From Cetorhinus maximus (Eukaryota): a DNA stretch of 64,000 nucleotides. The translations under genes were made by a program, and so were the position numbers. Positions 50,665-62,702 of this stretch are shown here, one piece after another. Under the pieces are notes generated by a model that was given only the letters and a program-made list of their open reading frames with translations, made no database searches and was not told the origin of the DNA. The DNA is taken from NCBI RefSeq assembly GCF_964194155.1, contig NW_027597768.1, positions 1-64,000 on the forward strand, in the 5' to 3' direction. Position 1 is the first letter of the stretch, and each line of letters starts with the position of its first letter.

Positions 50665-52440
50665 AGGGAAAAGAATAGGTCTCATAAGGGACAAAGGGGG
50701 CAATCTATGGGTGGAGCCAGAGGACATCGCTAGAGTGTTGAATGAATACTTCATGTCCATCTTCACCCAAGAGAATGAGGATGAAGGTATTGAACTTGGG
50801 GAGAGAGACTGTGAGGTCCTTAAGCAAATTGATATAGGGAGTGACAAGGTATTGGAGATGTTGGCAGGCTTAAAAGTGGACAAATCTCCAGGTCTGGATG
50901 ATTTATGTCCCAGACTGCTAAGGGAGGCAAGGGAGGAGATCACAGGGACTCTGACACAAATTTTTAATTCCTCTCTGGTCACGGGGGAGGTGCCAGAGGA
51001 TTGGAGAACAGCCAATATGGTTCCGCAATTTAAGAAGGGTTGTAGAGATAAGCCAGGGAAATACAGGCCAGTGAGTCTCACGTCAGTGGTTGGGAAACTG
51101 TTGGAGAAAATTCTGAAGGAGAGAATCTATCTCCAATTTGGAGAGGCAAGGTTTGATCAGGGATAGTCAGCATTGCTTTGTCAGAGGGAGGTCATGCCTA
51201 ACAAATTTGATTGAAGTTTTTGAGCAGGTAGATGAGGGTAGTGTAGTTGATGTAGTTTATATGGATTTGAGCAAAGCCTTTGACAAGGTCCCACATGGGA
51301 GACTTAGAAAGAAGGCAAATGCACATGGGATACAGGGTAATTTGATAAGGTGGATTCAAAATTCGCTTAGTTGTAGGAGGCAGAGGGTGATGACAGAAGG
51401 ATGCTTTTGTGACTGGAAGCCAGTGTCCAGTGGCATACCACAGGGATCAGTGCTCGGTCCCCTATTATTTTTCATTTATATAAATGACATAGATAACTAT
51501 GTGGAGGGTAGGATTAGTAAGTTTGCGGATGACATAAAGATTGGCCGGGTGGTTAACAGTGAGGTTGAGTGTCTTGGGTGACAGGAAGATATAGATGGGA
51601 TGGTCAAATGGGCAGATAAATGGCAGATGGAATTTAAACCTGAAAAGTGTGAGATGATACACTTTGAAAGGAGTAATTTGACAAGGAAGTATTCAATGAA
51701 CGGCATGGCACTAGGAGGTTCTGAGGAACAAAGGGACTTTGACGTGTGTGTCAATCGATCTCTGAAGGCAGAGGGGCACGTTAGTGGGGTGGTGAAAAAG
51801 GCATATGGAACACTTGCCTTTATCAATCGAGGCATAGATTAAAAAAGTAGGGAGGTCATGTTGGAGTTGTATAGAACCTTGGTGAGGCCACAGCTGGAGT
51901 ACTGTGTGCAGTTCTTCTCACCACATTATAGGAAGGATGTGATTGCACTGGACGGGGTGCAGAGGAGATTCACCAGGATGTTGCCTGGGATGAAACATTT
52001 AAGTTATGAAGAGAGGTCGGATAGATTTGGGTTGTTTTCGTTGGAGGAGAGAAGACTAAGGGGCGACCTGATCGAGGTGCACAAGATTATGAGGGACATG
52101 GACAGGGTGGATAGGGAGCAGCTGTTCCCCTTATTTGAAGGGTCAGTCACAAGGGGGCATAAGTTCAAGGTGAGGGGCAGGTGGTTTAGGGGGTATGTGA
52201 GGAAAAACTTTTTTACCCAGAGGGTGGTGACAGTCTGGAATGCACTGCCTGGGAGGGTGGTGGAGGCGGGTTGCCTCACATCCTTTAAAAAGTACCTGGA
52301 TGAGCACTTGGCACGTCATACCATTCAAGGCTCTGGGCCAAGTGCTGGTAAATGGGATTAGGTAGGTAGGTCAGATGTTTCTCATGTGATGGTGCAGACT
52401 TGATGGGCTGAAGGGCCTCTTCTGCACTGTGATTCTGTGA
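50665..52440 (+). mobile_element. CR1 LINE, 5'-truncated, RT to 3' tail
   Basis: ORFs 50711..51166, 51138..51581, 51600..51842, 51858..52361; inserted within an opposite-strand CR1 end (50595-50665 / 52441-52930). Confidence 0.9.
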
Positions 52441-53309
52441 TCATGGCTGATCCTCTGTCTCAACGCCATAATTCCACTCTCTCCCCATACCCCTTGATGC
52501 CTTTAGAGTCTAGAAACCTAAGCATTTCCTTCTTAAATATATTCAGTGACTAGACCTCCACAGCCTTCGGTTCACCGCTCTCTGCTTGAAGAGGTTTCTA
52601 CTCATGTCAGTTCTAAATGTCCTACCCCGTATCCTGATATTGTGACCCCTTGTTCTAGACCCCCCCAGCAAGAGGCGACATCATCCCTGCATCCAGCCTG
52701 TCCAGCCCTGTCAGAATTTTACTCGTTTCAATGAGATCACCTCTCATTCTTCTAAACTGCAGTGAATACAGGCCTAGTCGGCCCAATCTCTACTCATTCG
52801 ACAATCCTGCCATCACAGGAATCAGTCTGGTGAACCTTCACTGCACTCCATCTTTGAAAAGTATATCCTTTCTTAGGTAAGGAGACAAAAACTACACACA
52901 ATACTCCAGGTGTGGTCTCACTGTACAGCTGCAGTAACACAAGGGTTGAATTGGATGGCCAAAACTTCTCGCAGTCCCTGCAGGGTCATGTTTAGTTGAA
53001 TTTCTGGAACATTGTGGCCCTCCTCCCCGGTATTATTCGGGTTGATTGGTGTGAGGCAAAATGTTATTTGCCTGATCGATCAGGTAGTGCCCCCATGTGT
53101 GCCTGTGAGTATGTGAGTGGGTGTCTGTGTGTGTGAGTGATGTGTAAAACCTGACATCTGTGCAACCAGACCCCACTTATTTAGTAAGAACATGCAGTGT
53201 CTGTTGTTTTCCAGATCCCTTCCTTTCCCCTGACTATTATCCTCAGGTAGTACACAAATTCCTTGTGCACATCGTCCTCCAGCGCACCCATTGTTCCCAT
53301 GAATCACCC

Positions 53310-53620
53310 GAGCAGTGAGATGGAGCATGCGCAGTGCGGCTGTTGAGGCCGGATAGCAGTGCGCAGGCGCAGTGTCGGGAAGTCTGGAGCATGCGCAGTG
53401 CGATTGATGGCCTTGCGGGTAGAGGCGCCTGCTTGTCCCGGAGAAGCGGAGTCAGAGCGAGGCGGTGGGTGGGAGGATTTGGAAACACTTTGTGGATCCA
53501 CAAACCCTGAGGAATAATTATCAGCTCCTGGTTTGCAGCTGCGGGGCTTCTCCCTCCCGGGAACAGGCCCAGGTTAACGGCCGCCATCCTGGGTCAGCGA
53601 GTGGAGGATGGTTCACATCA
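53310..53620 (+). promoter_or_regulatory. CpG-rich promoter/first exon of the ZNF at 54403
   Basis: tggagcatgcgcagtgcg twice (53321, 53385), tgcgcaggcgca 53360, YY1-like gccgccatc ~53580. Confidence 0.7.
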
Positions 53621-54402
53621 GAGGATGGGGGAGGGGGGACAATAAATAAGAGGTTACACTTTGCGCTCAAATCAATGAGGATCTGATCTGTGGGAAGGAA
53701 GGAAACCCTGGGAGGTGGGCGGGGAGGATTCAGAAACACCCGCTGGAGGCCCCGAACCCCCAATAAGACTCATTGATTTTATTGTCAGTCTGCAGACAGG
53801 AGCTGGAGAACTGAACCCAGGCAGAGGAGAGGGAGGGAGAAAACTGGGAGTGGAGGAAAGAAATGGTGGAGATGGTGAGATGGGTTTGGATTTCAGCCCA
53901 GGGAGGAGGGAGAGTGTGTGGGATGGGGATTTACAGCTTTGGGGGAACAAGAGAGGAAAATATGTTCCATCGAAAGTAGAATTGTCTTTTCTGAATTCTG
54001 TCCTGGACTGACAGTGATGACCTTTGCAAACTCCTTTTACAGGTTAGATGAGGGTTTGCAGATGGGAAACTTGAAGCAAACATCACGTCAAGATCTGACA
54101 GAGTCACTCAATTCATTTGAACCTGAGCATCATCGGCCTTCGAATGTGGAAGGATAAATATTTGTCTCTTCAGTCGGGGAGGGGGAAGATTTCAAACATT
54201 TGTGTGACTAAAAAAGCGGCAAGACTCACACACCCGAGTGAGAGTGTTCCAGTGCACTGACTGTAGAAAGATCTTTAACCGGTTACACAGCCTGAGAAAG
54301 CATCACATTGTTTGTAGTGGGGAGAAACCATAAACGTGTTCTTTATGTGGATGAGACTTCAACTGATCATTCAGCCTCGAGAAACACAAGGATACCGGCA
54401 CA

Positions 54403-55161
54403 ATGGGGAATCCGTGGAAATGTGGGGACTGTGGGAGGGGATTCAAATGCCCATCCACGCTAGAAACTCATCGACGCAGTCACACAGGGGAGAGACCATT
54501 CACCTGCTCTGTGTGCGGGAAGGGATTCACAGAATTATCCAGTCTCCAGTCACACCAACTCATTCACACTCAGGAGAAGCCATTCAGCTGCACTTTCTGT
54601 GGAAAGAGCTTCAGGCAGTCAGGCACTCTCATTACACACCGGCGAGTTCACACAGGGGAAAGGCCGTTCACCTGCTCTGTGTGTGGGAAGGGATTCACTA
54701 AGTCATCCAACCTGCTGACACACCAGCGAATTCACACTGGGGAGAGGCCATTCACCTGCACTGTGTGTAGCAAGGGATTCACACGGTCATCCCACCTGCT
54801 GATACACCAGCGAGTTCACACTGGGGAGAGACCGTTCATCTGCTCCGTGTGTGGAAAAGGATTTACTGATTCATCCTGCCTCCTGTCACATCAACAAACT
54901 CACACTGAGGAGAGACCGTTCAGCTGCACTTACTGCGGAAAGAGGTTCAGGAGTTCATCACACCTCATTGCACACCAACGAGTTCACACTGGGAAGAGGC
55001 CGTTCACCTGCTCCGAGTGTGGGAAGGGATTCACTAAGTCATCAAACCTACTGACACACCAGCGAGTTCACACTGGGGAGAGGCCGTTCACCTGCTCCAA
55101 GTGTGGGAAGGGATTCATTAATTCATCCAAACTTTTGGCACACCAGCGAGTTCACAAATGA
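54403..55161 (+). CDS. C2H2 ZNF, 9 intact fingers
   Basis: 252-aa ORF; acceptor at 54042; family leader and 3'UTR. Confidence 0.9.
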   Translation: MGNPWKCGDCGRGFKCPSTLETHRRSHTGERPFTCSVCGKGFTELSSLQSHQLIHTQEKPFSCTFCGKSFRQSGTLITHRRVHTGERPFTCSVCGKGFTKSSNLLTHQRIHTGERPFTCTVCSKGFTRSSHLLIHQRVHTGERPFICSVCGKGFTDSSCLLSHQQTHTEERPFSCTYCGKRFRSSSHLIAHQRVHTGKRPFTCSECGKGFTKSSNLLTHQRVHTGERPFTCSKCGKGFINSSKLLAHQRVHK

Positions 55162-56519
55162 CTGCAGGGACTGGATTATTCTGTTAATCACATCCAGGAC
55201 TGAATCATTCTGACAGTTCAGCTTTGGTTCTGCTGAAGTTAATACCCCCGGTAACTGGGCTTGATCTTAGTATTTGTAACTGTAGCTAATTGTGTTCTAG
55301 GGGCTGCAATTTTTAAGAACTGCTGTCTGTGACCTTCCCTGTAGTTCAGGAACTTGCATTAGTCGTTAGTTCAGAACAATATTATGAACTTTTTCTTCAA
55401 TCCTAAATTGATCTTTGGTACGAACTCTACAATTCAGTGACTGAAAGGTTTCACTGATTAACATCTCCATTTAGAAAGTGCTGATTAATCCTTGCTGACA
55501 ATTCTTACTGACATACATATTACACACAGTGACAACTCCATTATCCACCAGAAAGAAGGGGAATGAGAATTGGTGGAGAATCAAGAGTCCCCAAATATTA
55601 CCCCTCCCGTCTGGTACAGAAATCCCTCGAGTGGGAATGGAGACAAGTCCAATCCATGTCACGGGCTGTAGGAAATCACCATCTATTAACCGTAAGAAAT
55701 CTTAAGTAAGTTGTTGACTATTGTAGAAATAACTCTCTTTCTTATGAAAAAAGACTCCATAGCAGCTTGGTGCTGACAAGCATGGATAGGGCTGTTGTCT
55801 GAGGACATGTCTCTAGCACAGGCCCTGAAGCAAGACATTTCTAACCCTGATACAACTGGATCCCATGACCCAGATGTAAAGCAGCTGTCTGTTTTTTTTA
55901 AATTCAATTCATTCATAGGATGGAGACGTCGCTGGCTCAGCCAGCATTTATTGCCCTTGTTCAGAGGGCATTTTAAGAATCAACCACATCACTGTGGGTC
56001 TGGGGTCACATGTAGGCCAGACCAGATAAGGACAGCAGATTTCCTTCCCTAAAGAACATTAGTAAACTAGATGAGTTTTTTATGACAATGATTTCATGGG
56101 CATCAGTTTTTTTTTAATGAATTCAAATTTCACCATCTGCCATGGTGGGATTCAAACCCAGGTCCCCAGTGCATTAATCTGGCACTCTGGAATACCAGTC
56201 CAGTGACAATACCACTACTCCACCACCTCCCCAATGACTGTGTAAAGGTTAACACAGGCTCTTGAGAGGAAAAAAAAATCTCTTTGACTAGGAAGAAAAT
56301 TCCATACTGATCCATATTGGCTCCAGTACAACACCCACACTTTGGCACACACCAGCAAACTGTTGAGAAGAGACCGCTGCCATCAGCTACAGAGCCCAGC
56401 ACTTACTCTGCATCATCCATCTGTTTGTTCTCCGGGACAGTAAACTGTTCTCACTCCATCAGCTTCAAGGATCTCTTTCTGAAAGGGCTCCAGCCATGAG
56501 TCTGTAGCATGTGGGGTGT

Positions 56520-57300
56520 TTATGACACTATGGCAATGACCTGGGACAAGTTGTTTCAACATTCCCATAGGTCCACGAACAGACCCGTGATAACTCCACT
56601 AGCACCCACGAAGAGGAAGACCCTTGCCTGGCCAGAAATCTGGACCATCCAGGAACTTCATGCCAGGAAGGGATGACCCGGTGCATTGTCCTAATTGTAA
56701 CCGCCTGGGCCACTATGCCCGTCACTGTCATGATAGGTGCAGTAAGGAGACTGACATTAACAGTGAGTCCTGCTTTCCCCCTCCCCCTGCACAGGTGAGT
56801 CCTGATCCTGTTGATCAGTGGCTGGAAAGAACGGAGGCAGCGATAGAGACTAGGTGAATTAGTAACAGAGTTTTGCTGGCTGTCACAGTGTATCAGGTAC
56901 CCCAGGCACATATCTCCAGACTCCCAGTGACTTCAGTAGGGCTCCCACAGAGTTGTTTCCCCTCTCTGACAGATAGTGGAAGACCGGTATTCTGCACTAT
57001 TGATAATGAAGGCCATCAATAATCCACGATCTTCCTCCTGACCCCATGAAAGGTGTGCCCCAAGTTTTATCAGGCTTTGCAGAGGAGTACGAACCCGTCA
57101 CCTCTGATGATCCTGAGGTCCAGGCAGTTCTCGAATCTGTGCCAGGTGCATTCACATGGTTGTGGAGACATGACCAAACCGGCAGATATTAGCAGACTGA
57201 TACATCCTCCCATGAAGAAGTGTCCTTACCCTGCTGAGAGTATACCATACATTCGAAACACCGTCCAGTCATTGTTAATGCAGGGCATTGCTCGCAAATC
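56520..57300 (+). mobile_element. Decayed retroviral/Gypsy-like gag-pol fragment
   Basis: CCHC knuckle CPNCNRLGHYARHC; RT N-terminus-like PPMKKCPYPAESIPYIRNTVQSLLMQGI. Confidence 0.55.
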
Positions 57301-58437
57301 TCAAAGATTCAAAAATTCTTTCAAGGAAGAAGCTAAAAAATTTGGAACCAATTGGCATTTAAGCGAAAATGCCACCAACTTAGGTGCTGAGAGAAGTGAA
57401 ACGTTATAATTACTCAGTGAAAGTAAATCTTTAAGTACGAATTACAATGCACTTGTACAATTGTAAAAGGCATTGAAAGGTTTGCTTCATGGAAGAAACA
57501 CTTTAGGTTTCAAGTTATGTTTCAGAGTTGAAACATAACCAGTGGGAAGCTCCACCTCCTTTAACTCTTGTTGGTCTAAGAAGGTTGAATCTTTTGTTTA
57601 ACAGTAAAAGCTAACTTTTTAAATTTTATTTTTCCTCAGTTTTAACACAGTCATTTGGAAAAATACTTGCAGAGAATCAAACAAAAGAATAAAATTTGGG
57701 CAAAGATAAAAAAAATGATTAGAAAAATATGGTAGTTTCATTTATGTTTGATCTGAAGAAGTTATGTAACGTTTCCACAATTGTGCACATTTGAGAATGT
57801 TTGCTCTGTGCTTTTGCAAACATGCAGAAAAGTTAACCCTTTCCAATGACGTGATGTTTTGAACTAAAAATTTGGCTTTATCCCATTTGTTATCTTTAAA
57901 GACAAAGTACTTGAGAATGGGAGTTATCTCCAAACTGATTGCAAGTACCTCGACTTCTTTCTCTGATCCAATTACACCATATTATGAGAATATTAAATTG
58001 GATGGCAAAGTTCCTCCATGGCTCATGAATGTGATAGAATGGTAATTAATGCGATGCCCCACATAGAATAAAAGATAGAGTAAATTATACCACCAAATGG
58101 GAATTGGAATAACCCCCTCTCCCTACCTTGGGTATAGTTCAATAGAATAGATCAATCTGGTAGCCATGTACATTCTAGTGAAACTCAGAGAAGTTTCGAT
58201 GGGATGAGTAAATTGATAGCTTTCTTTGTTTGTATCCTTGCCTCTGAACTGTTAAGAAAACTGCATTTGATAGTCTGGCCACTACCCAAGGCATCAGAAC
58301 CATAAGCAAAGATCTTCAGTCAGATGCCCCGTTTGATCTTTCAATAAGATCACCTGAAAGTTCAGGAGTGGTTTGTATCAGGTGGAGCATATGTGGCATG
58401 ATACTAACATACCGATGTGAGTGTGCAGGTGTGATTT

Positions 58438-58759
58438 GTAACGTTTGAAAAAATTCCGAGGAGACTGCGACCTCCAGCCATGGAGATCAGCTTCCCCCCG
58501 ATCCAGGACTAGTAAACCATCCCGAGGAGACTGTCACCTCCAGCCATGGAGATCAGGTTCCCCCACCACATATCTCCATCCATTTGTCCACACAGGGACC
58601 AGTAAACCATTCTCACCTGTTACGGGTTGTATGTTCTTTCTGCCTATTTAACTGATGTATCATATCTAAACTGTTGCTTCTTAATAAAATGCTTTAAGAT
58701 CACCTAGGACTTCGACCCACTTTTTGGGTAATCTGTGAATCCCAGAGTAAAATCTTCCA
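58438..58759 (+). mobile_element. LTR-like segment with an internal ~65-bp tandem duplication
   Basis: TGTA...CA ends, AATAAA ~58683, ccgaggagactg..acctccagccatggagatcag at ~58457 and ~58522. Confidence 0.45.
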
Positions 58760-58819
58760 CTCGTCCATGAGAGTAACCGAAGGCATGAGGACTGAAATAA
58801 TCTGGAGTAATGATGAGGT

Positions 58820-59270
58820 GTTAGTTGTGGCTCAGTGATTGTATTCTTATATTTGAGTTAGGGGGTTGTGAGTTCAAATCCACATCCAGAAACATGAGCA
58901 TAAAATCCAGGTTGATATTTTGATGCAGTACTGAGGGAGCACTGCACTGTCAGAGGTCCCATCTTGCAGATGAGACATTCAACTACGGCCCCATTTGCCC
59001 TCTCAGTTGGTGTAAAAGTTCCAATAGTGTTATTCCAAAGAGCAGGGGAGTTCTCCCTGGTGTACTGCTTCATATTTATCCCTCAACAAATATCACTGAA
59101 CAGATTACCTGGTTAAAGTCACATTTCTATTAGTGGAAAGTGGCTGTGCATAAATTGGCGACTGCACTTTCTCCATTACAGCAATGACTACGCTTCAAAA
59201 GAACTTAATTGGCTGTAAAGCACTTTGGGACATCCTGATGTTGTGAAAGGCGCTATATAAATACAAGTTT
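58820..59270 (+). mobile_element. Deu-domain SINE (SacSINE1-like), same insertion context as 18570-18995
   Basis: gcagtactgagggagcactgcactgtcagagg...gaaaggcgctatataaatacaag; flanks match those of the 18.5-kb copy. Confidence 0.75.
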
Positions 59271-59521
59271 CCATTAACAAAGGAGAAAAGGCCCAAAAAT
59301 GAAACAGGCGGTAACAGGATATCAATCAGTCTCCTCTTATCTTAGAGAAATCAAGGACTCGAACACTGTGTTTGACACAAAACTGATTTATTTAACCTAT
59401 ATCCAGAATATTAAGCTCCAACCTAGTTACAGAGATTATTAACATAAACTGAAACTCCAGCTGTCAGAATGAACATGGTAACAGCATAACACATAATAAC
59501 AGCAGAATCCAACTCCTGCAG

Positions 59522-60364
59522 TCACTTATGAACTTGCTGGTGTCTCAGCAGGTACGATGAACAAGTGAATCCCTTCCCACAGACGGAGCAGGTGAATGGT
59601 CTCTCCCCAGTGTGAGTGTGTCGGTGTCTCTGCAAGTGAGATAACTGAGTGAATCCCTTTGCACACACGGAACAGGTGAATGGCCTCTCCCCAGTGTGAA
59701 CTCGCTTGTGATTCAGCAGGGTAGATATCTGAGTGAATCCCTTCCCACAGGCGGAGCAGGTGAATGGCCTCTCTCCAGTGTGAGTGCGCTGGTGAATCTG
59801 CAGATACAGTTTGCCTTTAAAGCTCTTCCCACAGTCGGAACATTTAAAAGGTCTCATGTCAGAGTGAACTCGCTGGTGTCTCAGAAGGTGGGCTGAAATG
59901 GTGAATCGTTTCCCACACTCAGAGCAGGTGAATGGTCTCTCCCCAGCGTGAGTTCTCTGGTGTTTCAGCAGGCTGGATGACTGAGTGAATCCCTTCCCAC
60001 ACACGGAGCAGGTGAACGGCCTCTCCTCAGTGTGAATTTGTTGGTGCATCAGCAAAACCTTTTTGCTTTTAAAGCTCTTCTCACAGTCAGCACATTTAAA
60101 AGGTCTCATGTCAGAATGAATAAGATGGTGTGACGTGAGGTCGGTTACTTGACTGAATCCCTTCCCACACTTGGAGCAGGTGAATGGTTTCTCCCCAGAG
60201 TGAGTTCTCTGGTGTTTTTGTAAGCTGGATGACTGAGTGAATCCCTTCCCACATACGGAGCAGGTGAACGGTCTCTCCCCGGTGTGACTGTGTCAATGGA
60301 TTTCCAGCACGGACGGGGATCTGAAGCCCTTCCCACAGTCGCCACATTTCCACGGTTTCTCCAT
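59522..60364 (-). pseudogene. C2H2 ZNF, 10 fingers with an in-frame TGA in finger 1 (60293-60295); downstream ORF 59522..60109 keeps 7 fingers
   Basis: ATG GAG AAA CCG TGG...ATC CAT TGA CAC AGT CAC; otherwise one continuous frame of 843 nt. Confidence 0.8.
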
Positions 60365-61699
60365 GATGCCAGTGTCCTCGTGTCTCTCCAGGTTGAATGA
60401 TCAATGGAAGCCTCGTCCACACACAGAACACGTGCACGTTTTCTCCCCGCTGTGAATGGTGTGATTTTTTTTTCAGGCTGCGTAGCTGGTTAAAGCTCTT
60501 TCCACAGTCCGTGCACTTGGACACTCTCACTCGGATGTTTGTGCGTCTGGGTACTTTTCCAGTCACGCTGATGGTTGAAATCTTTTCTGAAAGACAGAAC
60601 AGACAAACATTTCTCCTTCCGCATTCAATGGCCAATGATATTCAGGTCCTGATGAACCGAGCTTTTCTTTCAAATCTCCTTTCTCTCATGTACTCATCTA
60701 GTTTCCTTTGAAAGCAACTAAGTTACTTCACCTCAACTGCTTCCTGTGGTAGTGAATTTCACTTTCTAGCTACTCTCTGACTAAAGGCATTTCTCCTTAT
60801 TTTCCTGTTGGTCTTTTTAGGAACTATCTTGTACATATGGTCCTGGTTTTTGATTCCCCCCCACATGGAAACATTGGCTCCACTTCTACCCCGTACAACC
60901 CATTCATAGTTTAAAAAATCCTCTGGCAGGTCACCGCTAAGCCTTAACTTTTCTAAAGAACAAAGCCCTATCCTGTTAATTTTCCCAATAAATGTAATCG
61001 CTCAGTTAGGATATTATCCTTAAAAATCCTTTGTGCAGAAGCTCCAATGCTTATTTGACTTAATTGTATGGAGACCAGAAATACCTACATGGTCCTAAGC
61101 AATTTGAACAATATTTAATTATTTCTTAATCTGGTACCCCTGGAAATAAATCCGGGTCTTTTGTGAACATTTTGAATTGATTTCCTGACTTGCAATAATG
61201 TTTTTCATTATTCATCTCTTTCCAGAGATTGCATTTCTCTTCTTCTCCATTCAGTTTCTTATTCACTAAGGTCTAGGTAATGTTTGTATTTTTGCTCCCA
61301 AGGTACATCATTGCATATTACACGAACATATGGGCAATGAGCAGGAGTCGGCCATTCATCCCCTCGTTGTTGAAGTTCATTTGCCACTTAACTGCCAGTC
61401 TGCAGGTGTTCTAATGACTTCTTGTATTATATTAGTGTTAGAAATGCTGTTTGGCATCAGCTGCCAATATTTTCATTGTTCCCAAGTCCCGGTCAGTAGT
61501 GTAAATTATGAATAACGGTGTTGGATCACCACTTTGAACCTTCTTCCAATCTGAAATTGCGAGTGGATGTGGTGGTGATTGCATAGATTGCATCAGGGAG
61601 GAGGGTCCAGACATTCGGGTTTCTACATAATAAAGTGTTTATTTAATGTATTGTGCCTCTCGAACTGATCTTAATTGGGATGCCGAAACATTACATTCT

Positions 61700-62450
61700 C
61701 TGCCCGCAATTCAACCTATCAATGGCGGCTCATTTACCCAGAACAGCCAGCGCTCCAGAAGATCCCCTATCAATGACTATAGGAGTCCAGTGCGCAGGTG
61801 CAGTGTGGGTGTGCGCTCTGAGCATGCTCAGTGTCAGTCATGGTGACAGAGTGAGGAGGAGCGGACGGTTTGGGAGGCGGGAGGAGATTGTGAGCACAGG
61901 GTAGGAATGGAAACCGCGGCTGTACTGGGAACTGGATCAACTTCTGGGGTAGGCCTGAGACCCCGAATAAGAGGCCCGAAACCCCGCGTTTACCGCGCGG
62001 TGACAGGCCCGGGGACAGCGGGCTCACTGGCCGCCATCTTGCGAGTCGGGGCGGGGCGGATCCGGGAGGCGGGGCTTCCTCCCCAGTGACAGACCCGGGT
62101 TATTAAAACAAAAATTGCAGGAAAAACTCGGCAGGTCTGACATCATCTGGGAAAAGAAAGACAGAGTTGACATTTCGAGTCCGTATGACTCTTCTTCAGA
62201 ATTGAAGAGAAGTAGAAATGTGGTGAAATATATATGTTAAAGGGCGGGGCGGTGGGGGGGGGTGCGGCGTGGGACTGGTGAAGCTGGATAGGAGGCCAGT
62301 GATAGGTGAAGGCAAAGGAGAATCCGATTACCCGGGCAACAGGCCGCCGCCATCATGGGAGAGGAAGGCGGGGCTTGTTCAATGAGGGGGCTCTTGGGCG
62401 GCCATCTTGGTGAGGTAAGAGGCAGTGGGCGGGGACTCAGGGACCCATTG
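61700..62450. promoter_or_regulatory. CpG-rich promoter between divergent ZNFs, interrupted by a Penelope fragment (62100-62320, -)
   Basis: tgcgcaggtgcagtg 61791, gagcatgctcagtg 61820, YY1 gccgccatcttg 62030, ggcggccatcttg 62397. Confidence 0.65.
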
Positions 62451-62488
62451 GCCTGTGCAGCATTGTAAGATGGAATTCACTTCCCCAG

Positions 62489-62702
62489 AACAAAAACAGA
62501 ATTACCTGGAAAAACTCAGCAGGTCTGGCAGCATCGGCGGAGAAGAAAAGAGTTGACGTTTCGAGTCCTCATGACCCTTCAACAGAACTCGAAACGTCAA
62601 CTCTTTTCTTCTCCGCCGAGGCTGCCAGATCTGCTGAGTTTTTCCAGGTAATTCTGTTTTTGTTTTGGATTTCCAGCATCCGCAGTAGTTTTTTGTTTTT
62701 AT
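62489..62702. mobile_element. Penelope-derived near-perfect hairpin with target-site duplication
   Basis: Arms ~62489-62566 and ~62587-62666; flanks ttcacttccccag (62476) and ttcacttcccag (62703). Confidence 0.8.

Noticed and set aside
54005-54025. C/D snoRNA suggested by gtgatga and ctga in the conserved intron end
   Set aside because: Box order and terminal stem do not fit; CTGAC is better explained as the branch point, and gtgatga is not kept in all copies.
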